Shown here one piece after another: positions 8,712 through 17,603 of a stretch of DNA of 64,000 nt (positions within the stretch are counted from its first letter, which is position 1; each line of letters starts with the position of its first letter). This stretch comes from Bacillota bacterium. GTDB taxonomy: Bacteria; Bacillota; Dethiobacteria; DTU022. The translations under genes were made by a program, and so were the position numbers. The notes beneath the pieces are model-generated. The model saw only the letters and a list, made by a program, of their open reading frames with translations, did not search any database and was not told where the DNA came from. The DNA is taken from the NCBI GenBank assembly GCA_011389985.1, contig JAABTH010000001.1, forward strand, positions 4,158 through 68,157, given 5' to 3'.

Positions 8712-9545
8712 TTAATAATCGCTTTCTGTTTGTGGTTTCATATAAATTAGATCACTGCTATTAACTTCAGGATGGTGATAGCGCATGACCCTAATCTTTC
8801 CTGTGCCAAGCTGAATCGCCTCCTGGGGGCACCACTGAATACAGGCAAAGCAGCTCAAGCAGTTGTTACCCCAGACCGGTTGACTATTATTTATGGTAAC
8901 ATTGTTAACCGGGCAGACTTTGCTGCAGGTTTCGCAACCCGAGCAGCGATCATTAACAGTAAAGGCCAGTGATTCCCATCCGTGCCTGACGGCATGCAGC
9001 AAAAGCGAGCTTACTGGCTTGATCACTTTAAAAAAGAGGCCGCGTAAGAGTAAAACTGAAATCAAAGTTTCAATTTCGACAGGTATAATTTGACGGTTGT
9101 TAATTACCGCTGCTATCTTGCTAACTCGAATTTTCCCCTCAGTAAGAGCTTTTTCCCTGTCAGCATTAGAAAAGCTGATATTGCCGACGGCATTATGAGG
9201 CATCATCACCGCAAAACCGGCATGTATTTTATAGCCCTTTACAGCCAGTTCATGCTGCAATTTCTCCAAACACTTCAAAGGACTAATACCATAGGTGCAG
9301 AGTGCAAAGAGGTATTTATTTTCCAACCCTTCAAATTTCGTGATAAACTCTTCTATAATCTTAGGCGTTTTAAAATCATAAACGGGAAAAACCAAGCCTA
9401 TAGCTTCGGCTTGGCTATTAATCGTTTTAGCTTTAATTAAAGGGGCCAATGGTTTAAGCCGTGCGCCGGTTATTAAGGCAAGATCTCTGGCTAAAGCAAG
9501 CGAATTGCCTGTTCCTGAAAACCAGTATATCTCCATGTTGCTCAA
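8712..9545 (-). CDS. EFR1-family ferredoxin (flavodoxin-like N-domain fused to a 2x[4Fe-4S] ferredoxin domain)
   Basis: N-terminus MEIYWFSGTGNS matches the flavodoxin-like nucleotide loop. The C-terminus carries CSGCETCSKVCP and CLSCFACIQWCP ferredoxin motifs. Confidence 0.55.
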   Translation of the reverse strand: MSNMEIYWFSGTGNSLALARDLALITGARLKPLAPLIKAKTINSQAEAIGLVFPVYDFKTPKIIEEFITKFEGLENKYLFALCTYGISPLKCLEKLQHELAVKGYKIHAGFAVMMPHNAVGNISFSNADREKALTEGKIRVSKIAAVINNRQIIPVEIETLISVLLLRGLFFKVIKPVSSLLLHAVRHGWESLAFTVNDRCSGCETCSKVCPVNNVTINNSQPVWGNNCLSCFACIQWCPQEAIQLGTGKIRVMRYHHPEVNSSDLIYMKPQTESDY

Positions 9546-9782
9546 AGGTAGTCATCCTTTCGTCGAGCCAGTTTATTCAGGTAAGCTTGATTTAATGCCC
9601 AGATAAGCAGGGCAAAGAGGGCAGCGGCAGAAATACCCTGGATTATTCGGACAACTTGTTTCTTGCTGGATAAGGGTGCGAAATTTAAGTTGCCTGATAT
9701 AAAGGCTTTGCTTAACACCAAGAGTTTATATAGTGACAGAATAAAAATAGTATGACATATCTTTAAGTCTCCGGTTTAATCA

Positions 9783-11453
9783 TTACACTTCTATATCCCG
9801 GTATCGGTTTGGAGCGATTCTGATTAGGATAAGATAAAGCATCGCTCCAATTGCCAGCGAAACAGCGGCAACGGCAAGGTACACAGCAAGGTCTGCACCG
9901 GATACCTGGTAAACGAGCCAACCGGCCAAAAATAATAGGGTATAGATCACTCCACCGGCAAGCATAGCTAAAAGAACATTAATATTCTGTTTGATCGCTT
10001 TTTGGGGGTTATCCCAGTTCAGGTAGGGCCTGAGCAGATCGATCAGCAAACTGACAACAATAGCCGGTAGGCCGGCTAGCAGGCCGATTACGATAACCAA
10101 GAGCAGTTCTGCCAGCCCCAGGGGCAGGAGAACAAAGCTGACCAGCAAAACAAGAGGGATACTTAATGCAGACATCATGTAGCCGTATAATATTTTACCG
10201 TTAACCTGCTCTTTAGCGCTGACGGGGATAACCTGGGAAATCCAGAATTGACTGCCTTCACGCGAGTAGGAACTAGAAGCAGCAGGTGTGAATAGTGCCA
10301 TAACTGCAATAAAGCCAGCCAGTGCGCTAACCTGAACCAGGCGGGGAATTTCGCTGCGTAGCGAGTCGATCAAAGTGGTCAGGGCTCCACCGCTGATCAG
10401 TGGAACAACCAGAATCACCGGGACAATTACCAGGATCGCAAGGCTATTAAATAGATAAACAGGGGTGCGCAAAAGATATTTTATTTCACGCATGGCAATT
10501 GCTACTGCCGGTGTTGATGAGGAGTTTAGCTTTTGCGCCATTACATCCTTAGAAAGAGCTTTGCCCTTGCTGACTTCATTACCACCAATTAGCCCGCGGT
10601 AAAAAAGCTTCTGCCCGGCCATAAATACAAGCGCAGCTCCAGCCAGGTTCAGCAGCAGGAAATAGAGGAACCAGATTAATTTCGCGGGGCCTGCTGATGA
10701 CAGGGCGCGTACCGCAAGTAAGGCGGGCGGGTAGATACGGGTTATGTGCATCAGCAGCCCCTCACTTTTTAGCAGCAGGTCCTCGATGTAGGCTATTTCT
10801 TCTCCCTCGGGGATGCCGGTCAGGAAGTAGTTAAGCAGGAAGATGAGCAGCAAAAAGAAGACCATGCCGATTATTCTTAAGGTGTCGCGTTTTCTGCTTA
10901 GATTTGTTAGGCTCATCAACGCAAGGGTAAAAAGTGTGGCCACTCCTAAGGGAATGATTGGTGTGAGCAGGAACACCAGTAGAGCAATGATCCAGTAAAG
11001 AAGACCTGCTCCGCTGCCAATACCAAAAACCCAGATTGCCGGAATCAGAAATGGCGCTATGGTCAGGTATTCATAAACAATGATTAGGGCAAATTTTGAA
11101 CCCATAATCGTGCCCGGCTGCAGGGGCAGGGGTACCAGGATGCTTAGATCTCTGGAAAAGAAAAAGACAGAAAGAACAGCAGTCAGGCCAAAAAAAAGCA
11201 CCAACATGGAAGAAATCATTAAACCTGTTGCCAGCACAATTTCAGGCTGACCAAGTTCAGCTGTAATTTGGTAAGCTCCCTGAAGCAGCCTCAGATAGAG
11301 GAAGAATATAGGGCCCAGGCTGAAGAGAACCAGGGCGACGATACCAACTGCACCGAGAAATTTTTTCAAATCATGCTTCATGTACCAACGCAGGGCTGAA
11401 AGCCCAAGATTTATTCTTAACTGGATCAGAATCAATTTAAAAATGTTCATCAT
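9783..11453 (-). CDS. ABC transporter permease (large polytopic membrane subunit, ABC-2/exporter-like)
   Basis: 556-aa hydrophobic protein with >10 predicted TM helices. The downstream ATPase gene's stop overlaps its start codon (ATGA). Confidence 0.55.
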   Translation of the reverse strand: MMNIFKLILIQLRINLGLSALRWYMKHDLKKFLGAVGIVALVLFSLGPIFFLYLRLLQGAYQITAELGQPEIVLATGLMISSMLVLFFGLTAVLSVFFFSRDLSILVPLPLQPGTIMGSKFALIIVYEYLTIAPFLIPAIWVFGIGSGAGLLYWIIALLVFLLTPIIPLGVATLFTLALMSLTNLSRKRDTLRIIGMVFFLLLIFLLNYFLTGIPEGEEIAYIEDLLLKSEGLLMHITRIYPPALLAVRALSSAGPAKLIWFLYFLLLNLAGAALVFMAGQKLFYRGLIGGNEVSKGKALSKDVMAQKLNSSSTPAVAIAMREIKYLLRTPVYLFNSLAILVIVPVILVVPLISGGALTTLIDSLRSEIPRLVQVSALAGFIAVMALFTPAASSSYSREGSQFWISQVIPVSAKEQVNGKILYGYMMSALSIPLVLLVSFVLLPLGLAELLLVIVIGLLAGLPAIVVSLLIDLLRPYLNWDNPQKAIKQNINVLLAMLAGGVIYTLLFLAGWLVYQVSGADLAVYLAVAAVSLAIGAMLYLILIRIAPNRYRDIEV

Positions 11454-12172
11454 TCAGTCAACTCCAGGAAGATATTTTCAAGGTTTTCCCGGTTGGCGGC
11501 CATTGTCTTAAGCTCATCCATAGTGCCGCAGGCAATAAGGCGGCCCTTATTTATTATGCCAATCCGGTCGCATAACTTTTCAGCCACTTCGAGAACGTGG
11601 GTGGAGAAAAAGACTGTTTTGCCTGCATTACAGTGTTCGCGCATGTATTTTTTCAGGTTGTTCGATGAACGGGGATCAAGCCCAACCATCGGTTCATCAA
11701 GAATGAACAGGTCGGGTTCATGAAGCATGGCCCCGACTAAAACAATTTTTTGCCGCATTCCGTGGGAATATGATTGGATCAGGTCGCCTACAGCATCGCT
11801 CAGCGAAAAGAGATCAAGCAGATAGGTCAGCCTTTCGCGGCGCAGCTCCGCAGGAACAGAATAAACATCGCCCATAAAGTTCAAGTATTCAATTCCGGTC
11901 AGCTTTTCGTAAACTTCCGGGCTGTCGGGAACGAAACTGATTGCCCTTTTAACCTCCAGCGGGTTATCCATTATTGATATTCCATTAATGGCAACTGTTC
12001 CACTGTCCGGTTTGAGCAGCCCCACCATCATCTTGATCGTGGTTGTTTTTCCGGCCCCGTTAGGGCCCAGAAAACCGAAGATTTCACCATTATTAACGGT
12101 CAGGTTTAAATCATCGACAGCCTTGACCGTTCCCTTGTTGTAGCTTTTGGAAAGATTATTGATTACAATCAT
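11450..12172 (-). CDS. ABC transporter ATP-binding protein
   Basis: Walker A GPNGAGKTT, Q-loop, signature YSHGMRQK, Walker B LFILDEP, H-loop. 240 aa. Confidence 0.85.
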   Translation of the reverse strand: MIVINNLSKSYNKGTVKAVDDLNLTVNNGEIFGFLGPNGAGKTTTIKMMVGLLKPDSGTVAINGISIMDNPLEVKRAISFVPDSPEVYEKLTGIEYLNFMGDVYSVPAELRRERLTYLLDLFSLSDAVGDLIQSYSHGMRQKIVLVGAMLHEPDLFILDEPMVGLDPRSSNNLKKYMREHCNAGKTVFFSTHVLEVAEKLCDRIGIINKGRLIACGTMDELKTMAANRENLENIFLELTE

Positions 12173-12202
12173 ATTGGTACCTCCACAAATTTCATTTGAC
12201 GA

Positions 12203-12604
12203 TTAATAGAAATAAAGTGTGGCTGCCAGAATAATCAGGCCGATTGCCGAAGCGGCGATATCAATCAAGATTACACCACGGCCCCGATCTTTACGCAGCA
12301 TAGCCGCAACTGTCTTCTGGAATTTTTGGTAATTTAGCAGCAAAATCAGAGCTTTAACCGCGGTCAGAGAAAATAGGACGGTCAGGTAAATAGAGTTTGT
12401 AATATCTAAGGTAAAGTGCATATACCAGGTCAGAGCAACTAAGGCCAGGCCGAGCAGGGCAATAACCACTATGTAGGGTGGGCGTTTTTCTGAGTAAAAT
12501 TTTTCGATAAAGCTATTTTCATCCCAGGGCAGAATGTGCATGTAAAAAGGTTTAAGAAAGGCTGCCAAACCGAAGATTATGCCGAGTACTTTAAAGTAGT
12601 TCAT
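12203..12604 (-). CDS. membrane protein of unknown function (paralog 1 of a tandem pair)
   Basis: 133 aa with 4 predicted TM helices. Shares MNYF(K/Q)VL.IIFGL and ~35% identity with the adjacent ORF 12626..13027. Confidence 0.5.
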   Translation of the reverse strand: MNYFKVLGIIFGLAAFLKPFYMHILPWDENSFIEKFYSEKRPPYIVVIALLGLALVALTWYMHFTLDITNSIYLTVLFSLTAVKALILLLNYQKFQKTVAAMLRKDRGRGVILIDIAASAIGLIILAATLYFY

Positions 12605-12625
12605 AACTTTTACCTCCCAGTAAAA

Positions 12626-13027
12626 TTAGTAAAGTAGAAATCCGATTAAAAGTGATGCTATTCCCAAGATTAGAGCAAATAAGTTGATCAGGGCCAGGGT
12701 TTTGCGATCTTTTTCCAGCACCCTCACTACAAAGGCCCGGAATTGTTTGTAGTTGAAAAGCACTTGTGACATTTTAACCAAAGTCAGGGTCACAAACAGG
12801 GTGATAACAATGGAATAGGGAATATCTGCAGTGAAGTGCTTATACCAGGTGAAGGCCACCAGGCCAAGACCGAAAAGCCCGATATACCAGACCCAGCGGG
12901 GTTGTTTTTCCGTGTAAGCAGTATTTAGCTCAAAAGTGTTCCATTGCTTCGGGAAAAACTGAATCGCCGGTCGGGTTAGGATCAGGATCAAACCAAAAAT
13001 AATGCTTAAAACCTGAAAGTAGTTCAT
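12626..13027 (-). CDS. membrane protein of unknown function (paralog 2 of a tandem pair)
   Basis: 133 aa with the same architecture as 12203..12604. Its start overlaps the tetR stop (ATGA). Confidence 0.5.
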   Translation of the reverse strand: MNYFQVLSIIFGLILILTRPAIQFFPKQWNTFELNTAYTEKQPRWVWYIGLFGLGLVAFTWYKHFTADIPYSIVITLFVTLTLVKMSQVLFNYKQFRAFVVRVLEKDRKTLALINLFALILGIASLLIGFLLY

Positions 13028-13683
13028 TTTAAATCCTCCTTGTTGCTGTTTTTTTGCAAGCCTTTTTTCAGGAATGCTGACAGCTTGAGAGTCTCCTCTT
13101 TTAAAGCCCTGCTGTCATCAGCCATGAACTCTTCAAAGTCAGGATAGAGATCCATGAAATGCAACAGGTTAAATTTTAAAATACGAATGACAAAATCCCT
13201 GTCGAAATAATCCCTGATTTCACCCGCTTTAATCGCTTCATCAACCATGGCTATTACGTAATCTTCAAAGGCTCTGTTTAGATCTCCAAACAGTCTTTCT
13301 TTAAGCGGCCCTTCAGCCATGTTTTGCAGGTGAACGCTCAGCTGGTGCTGACGGTAATGCTGCATGGCAAAATCGACGGAGGCCAGCATTTGAAATTCCA
13401 GATTTTCAAAGAAGTTCATTTCTTCAAACGGTTTGCCCAATTCGGCCAGGGCCTGCTTTAGAAAGATCGCTTTCATCTTCAGGATCTGGTCGATCAGGTA
13501 TAAGTAGAGGTCTTCCTTGTTGGCAAAATAATGGTACATGCTGCCCTTCGAAATGCCGGCCCTGGCAATGATGTTGTTAAGAGACGCCGCTTCAAAATCC
13601 TTTTCGGCATACTCGTCGAGCGCGGCATCAATGATCCTGTTCTGTTCCTCCGTTGTTAAATTGAGAAAACCTTGTTTGACCAA
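13024..13683 (-). CDS. TetR/AcrR-family transcriptional regulator
   Basis: The N-terminal HTH (LNNIIARAGISKGSMYHYFANKEDLY) is a canonical TetR_N domain. TTG start with a GGAGG RBS. First gene of the operon tetR / 2x membrane protein / ABC ATPase / permease. Confidence 0.8.
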   Translation of the reverse strand: MVKQGFLNLTTEEQNRIIDAALDEYAEKDFEAASLNNIIARAGISKGSMYHYFANKEDLYLYLIDQILKMKAIFLKQALAELGKPFEEMNFFENLEFQMLASVDFAMQHYRQHQLSVHLQNMAEGPLKERLFGDLNRAFEDYVIAMVDEAIKAGEIRDYFDRDFVIRILKFNLLHFMDLYPDFEEFMADDSRALKEETLKLSAFLKKGLQKNSNKEDLK

Positions 13684-13695
13684 TAGATTACCTCC

Positions 13696-13727
13696 TTAGA
13701 CCAGGCAGTCTAGACCGCCTGGTCTAA
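13696..13727. promoter_or_regulatory. 32-nt near-perfect palindrome TTAGACCAGGC-N10-GCCTGGTCTAA; candidate TetR operator, or RBS-sequestering hairpin
   Basis: 11-bp perfect inverted-repeat arms, seen directly. On the coding (minus) strand it lies between a TTGCTT-N17-TATCCT promoter-like sequence and the tetR start, and one arm abuts the GGAGG Shine-Dalgarno. Confidence 0.5.
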
Positions 13728-14131
13728 GGATAACATTTCACTTCCAAAAAAGCAATAGCTTTTTAAAAAAATATCGTACGAAATATATTGCCATAGATTG
13801 CTACAATTGGGATAACACGAGGTGATGGTTCTGAGTGACCTCCTTAAGATGACAGAAATTAAGTACGGTTAAAGCAGACACATTTTTCATTAATCTATTA
13901 TAGAGAGGCTTGAAGGCAGACTCTCAAACGCTATTTGTGGTTTTCAATTGTATTAAATGTATACCAACCTTTTAATATAGAAATTCCAGTTTTTAGAAAG
14001 CATCTAAATGGTATTTTGCATCCGTTAAGATTAAAAATGAGAAATCTCATAATTTTGACAGCTTCAGCAAAATTTTGATATGATCATAAAAAGATAAAAG
14101 TTCACAATACAATGCCTGGGAGGTGAATATA

Positions 14132-14380
14132 TTGGGAATCCTGGCTTGGATTATTGTTGGAGCTATCGCTGGTCTGCTCGCTAACCTAATTATTGGTGGC
14201 GGGTTTGGATTGATTGGTAATATCCTGCTTGGAATAGTCGGAGCTCTGGTAGGCGGTTGGCTTTCCACCTCTATTTTGAGTTTGCCTTATGATGTTACTG
14301 GTATTAACTTAATTTCAATTCTGGTGGCAACTGGAGGAGCTGTTGTTGTATTATTTGTAGTTAATTTATTAAGACGATAA
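14132..14380 (+). CDS. GlsB/YeaQ/YmgE-family stress-response membrane protein (transglycosylase-associated protein)
   Basis: LGILAWIIVGAIAGLLANLIIGGGFGLIGNILLGIVGALVGGW matches the family signature. GGGAGG RBS 9 nt before the TTG start. A TTGACA-N18-TATGAT promoter sits at ~14056. Confidence 0.7.
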   Translation: MGILAWIIVGAIAGLLANLIIGGGFGLIGNILLGIVGALVGGWLSTSILSLPYDVTGINLISILVATGGAVVVLFVVNLLRR

Positions 14381-14414
14381 GTATAAATAGAGATGAGTGA
14401 AAAGAGAGGTAAAA

Positions 14415-14585
14415 ATGATAGCTAAAATATTAGGAGCTACAAAAAATTTGGGGATGCTGTTGCTTGGTATCTGGCTGATACTAAACGGGCTTTTGCAGTT
14501 GTTCGATTTTGCAATTCCCGGAGGAGGAACCATCATGGCCCTACTGGCCCTCGCAGCCGGAGTTTTAATTTTACTTGGCAAGTAG
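14415..14585 (+). CDS. small two-TM membrane protein (hypothetical)
   Basis: MIAKILGATKNLGMLLLGIWLILNGLLQLFDFAIPGGGTIMALLALAAGVLILLGK. GAGAGGT RBS before the ATG. Confidence 0.4.
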   Translation: MIAKILGATKNLGMLLLGIWLILNGLLQLFDFAIPGGGTIMALLALAAGVLILLGK

Positions 14586-14688
14586 AGTCTTTAATCAGTA
14601 GAGCCTTGAATCAATAAACGTAAAAAAGTGAGGATTCTATATGATAGAAGTTGATGACCAAAGTTAGGCAGGAAAGAAGAGTGCATAA

Positions 14689-15951
14689 TTGAGAATCTCT
14701 TATTTTTTATACGTTTTATTAGTTATATTGACACTATCTGGTAGTGCCTGTAACGGGTTGGAAGAAAGTACTCTGGAGACTGAGCCGGATAATAATATTA
14801 CCGGGGAAATAGATCCAGAACCTGAACGGGGAGCAGATAGTTTAGATGATTTAACTGTTGAAGAGCTGCCTGTTGCTGACCAAATTGAAAACCGGTTTGA
14901 ACCGGAATTTGTTTTTCAGGGAGCGGAATTTATCCGACCCTTACTGCTGACAGAAGCCGGAGATGAAAGCGGACGATTATTTGTAGTTGAACAGGCCGGG
15001 TTAATCTATGTAATGGCGGGAATAGACACACAGGAAAAAGTGCTTTTCCTTGATATTAGTGATTCGATTGACGACAGTGGTAATGAAATGGGACTTTTAG
15101 GGTTGGCTTTTCACCCTGATTATGTTAATAATGGCTATTTTTTTGTTAACTACACAGACAGAGAGGGAACAGTGGTAGCACGTTTTACGTCTGTAGGAAG
15201 TGATGCAAATCCAGAAAGTCATGAGACTGTTCTTAGTTTTAACCAACCATATAGCAATCATAATGGAGGACATATTGAATTCGGGCCGGATGGATTTCTT
15301 TACATAGCTACAGGCGATGGAGGTAGCGGTGGTGATCCACAGGGACATGCGCAGAATCGCCAGACTCTTTATGGCAATATCCTGCGCATTGATATTGATA
15401 ATCAGGGACCGCTGGGTAGCTATTCTATCCCGCCGGATAACCCCTTTGTTGGGAATCGTGATGATTTTCGTGAAGAAATATATGCCTATGGTTTGAGAAA
15501 TCCCTGGCGTTTCAGCTTTGATCCATTAACCGGTCAGCTATGGGCAGCTGATGTGGGGCAAAATGCAGTAGAAGAAATAAATGTTATTGAAAAGGGTAAA
15601 AATTATGGTTGGAATATCATGGAAGGAAGCCAGTGTTATGATCCGCCCAATAATTGCGACACTGCCGGTCTTGAAATGCCTGTATTTGAGTACTCCCATT
15701 CCCTTGGGCGTTCGATAACCGGCGGTTATGTATACCGGGGAACGGAACATCCATTACTAAAAGGCGCATATATATATGCTGATTTTATTACTGGCCTGAT
15801 CTGGGCTTTATGGTACCAAGATGGAGAAGTAAAAGCAAATTATGTTCTTGCTGATACTGGGTTAAACATATCTTCATTTGGTGTGGGTGAGCATAATGAA
15901 CTTTATTTCACTGCTTTCGATGGTTATGTATACAAATTAGTTTATAACTAA
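14689..15951 (+). CDS. PQQ-dependent sugar dehydrogenase (soluble glucose/sorbosone dehydrogenase family) lipoprotein
   Basis: GLLGLAFHPDY, HNGGHIEFGPDGFLYIATGDGG and YAYGLRNPWRFSFD motifs of the GSDH beta-propeller. N-terminal signal with lipobox LSGSAC. Confidence 0.8.
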   Translation: MRISYFLYVLLVILTLSGSACNGLEESTLETEPDNNITGEIDPEPERGADSLDDLTVEELPVADQIENRFEPEFVFQGAEFIRPLLLTEAGDESGRLFVVEQAGLIYVMAGIDTQEKVLFLDISDSIDDSGNEMGLLGLAFHPDYVNNGYFFVNYTDREGTVVARFTSVGSDANPESHETVLSFNQPYSNHNGGHIEFGPDGFLYIATGDGGSGGDPQGHAQNRQTLYGNILRIDIDNQGPLGSYSIPPDNPFVGNRDDFREEIYAYGLRNPWRFSFDPLTGQLWAADVGQNAVEEINVIEKGKNYGWNIMEGSQCYDPPNNCDTAGLEMPVFEYSHSLGRSITGGYVYRGTEHPLLKGAYIYADFITGLIWALWYQDGEVKANYVLADTGLNISSFGVGEHNELYFTAFDGYVYKLVYN

Positions 15952-16358
15952 ACATGCCACAGAAACATTTATATAGTAAATATGCATTTATGAAAGCGAA
16001 GATGGCTGACTAACATCTTCAAACAGTGATATAAAGAAACATTCGTCCTTTTAGTGGAAGTATTGAAAAGAAAAGTCAGGAGAAACTGCCTCAAAACAGA
16101 TAGTTATTTTTATTGGTTTAACTTTGGAATATTGTCCTCAAAACAAATGATAAGTTTAGATTTTGCTAGTTCAAATGATGCAAACGTGGTTATAACTTCA
16201 TAAGATCTGGTATTTCAAAACCTGATTCCCATCGATGATTTCGAGAGTTATAAAAAAAACTTTACAAAGATGAAATCATTTGCGATAATCGTTATTAGTT
16301 TTATATGTAGTGGAATAGAACAAACAGGTAACTGGATATTGTAAAGGAGACCGATATA

Positions 16359-16520
16359 ATGAAGGCAAAAGAAAGTAACAGCCAAACTACTTCAAACAAG
16401 AAAGGGATGACAAGAATAGGAGCCACCAATTATTATCCCTGCACAAACATTGCTGTCAGGCATATTTGTATGCAACATTGCCGAAAATGCTTTTTTGAAA
16501 TTGCATATTGCCAAAAATAA
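16359..16520 (+). CDS. 53-aa Cys-rich small protein: polar N-terminal half, C-terminal half with 5 Cys (YYPCTNIAVRHICMQHCRKCFFEIAYCQK)
   Basis: Strong RBS AAAGGAG 8 nt before the ATG. Isolated in a ~1 kb region with no other ORF >60 aa. Below the ORF-track length cutoff. No similarity recognised. Confidence 0.35.
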   Translation: MKAKESNSQTTSNKKGMTRIGATNYYPCTNIAVRHICMQHCRKCFFEIAYCQK

Positions 16521-16855
16521 TTTAGTACTAGCAATTTATAGTTTCATGCCAATACAGATTTTATTATAATTACGGTTCTGGTCTTGACAGAAGTGATTTC
16601 GCTGTTGGATGTAGCCGTTTTATGATGATTACTTCGCCAGTGGTTTAATCGCACCGGGTTCACTTGTTTCAGAAGTGCGCAGAGCTCTGAGTTCAGGGTT
16701 TAGGCAGGGCTTTGACTCAGGTTAAATACGGCCGGGATGTAGCAACTAATAGTAACAATGCATTGAATATGTTTTAATTTAGTTTAGGCAAAGTGCATTT
16801 GGTAGTTAACTATATAAAATAATTTACCAACAAAAAAAGTGTGATCGTAAATTAA

Positions 16856-16907
16856 GAACAAGGGATGGGAATCAATAATGATCGCCATCCCTTGTTCTCT
16901 TTGTTTG
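16856..16907. terminator. strong intrinsic terminator hairpin (13-bp perfect stem GAACAAGGGATGG/CCATCCCTTGTTC, 16-nt loop) with a T-rich tail; likely bidirectional
   Basis: Seen directly. Followed on the plus strand by TCTTTGTTTG. On the minus strand it lies just downstream of the LapA-like gene's stop at 16943. Confidence 0.6.
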
Positions 16908-16942
16908 AAAACTTTATTTATGTTTACTACGTCTCTTGAAGG

Positions 16943-17464
16943 TTAATCTCTTTCGCTGTTCTCTTCGCGTTCTTTTTGCTGCTTTAATAATTCCTCTTCT
17001 AATCTTTTCTTTTCAGCTTCTAACTCGGTTTGTTCTTGCACTGCGGATTCTTCACGTTCTTTTTGTTGTCTGTTTAGCTCTTCTTCAAGTTTTTTCTTTT
17101 CAGCTTCTAACTCTGCCTGCGCTTTTGCAGCAGCTTCTTCACGTTCTTTCTGCATTTTGTTTAACTCGTTTTCAAGCTTTTTGTTTTCATTCTCTAGAGT
17201 TTTTATTTGTTGTTGCAGCTCTTTTTTGAGACCGCGTTCAGCCTGAGAGCCCATGTACTTTTGAATACTGCGAAATATACCAAAAAAGATCATAACCAGA
17301 ACTCCAGCAGCAGCAGAACCAAGGATCACCATAGACAAGGTGAGGTTTGACTGGTCTAAAAGATAGTTTAATGTGACAGCTTCGGTATTGATTATAGCTA
17401 CAACAGCGATAACTATTGCAAGAATTAAAGCTAACGCAAGAAATATCATTCTCATTTTTATCAT
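16943..17464 (-). CDS. LapA-family (DUF1049) membrane protein with a C-terminal repetitive coiled-coil region
   Basis: N-terminal double-TM LapA-like domain. The C-terminus carries ~30-aa repeats (ELEAEKKKLEEELNRQQKEREE...) encoded by ~90-nt tandem DNA repeats. Confidence 0.6.
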   Translation of the reverse strand: MIKMRMIFLALALILAIVIAVVAIINTEAVTLNYLLDQSNLTLSMVILGSAAAGVLVMIFFGIFRSIQKYMGSQAERGLKKELQQQIKTLENENKKLENELNKMQKEREEAAAKAQAELEAEKKKLEEELNRQQKEREESAVQEQTELEAEKKRLEEELLKQQKEREENSERD

Positions 17465-17533
17465 TCCTTTCTATTTATCTGTGGTCATATAGTAATTATA
17501 GTATATCACAAAATACATGTTTAACACAGCAGT

Positions 17534-17560
17534 AACACAGGGGGACGGTTCTTTTGTGTT
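17534..17560 (+). repeat. REP-like element copy D (exact consensus AACACAGGGGGACGGTTCTTTTGTGTT)
   Basis: 44 nt upstream of the RAYT start. A partial duplicate stub AACACAG lies at 17523-17529. Confidence 0.65.
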
Positions 17561-17603
17561 GCTTTCTGCTTTCTTTTTTGTTATTGTTAGTCAGGGTGAT
17601 CAC

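Noticed and set aside
9546-9782. Possible 58-aa one-TM ORF immediately upstream of the EFR1 ferredoxin gene (minus strand)
   Set aside because: Below the length threshold. Start codon ambiguous. No recognisable family. Could equally be 5' UTR.
16936-17229. Plus-strand 97-aa ORF antisense to the LapA-like gene
   Set aside because: Generated by the Glu/Lys codon repeats read on the opposite strand. Low-complexity Leu/Phe-rich product, no RBS.
17517-17603. Upstream extension of the RAYT ORF
   Set aside because: Runs through the REP palindrome and encodes a hydrophobic stretch. The conserved Y1 transposase sequence begins at the ATG at 17604.
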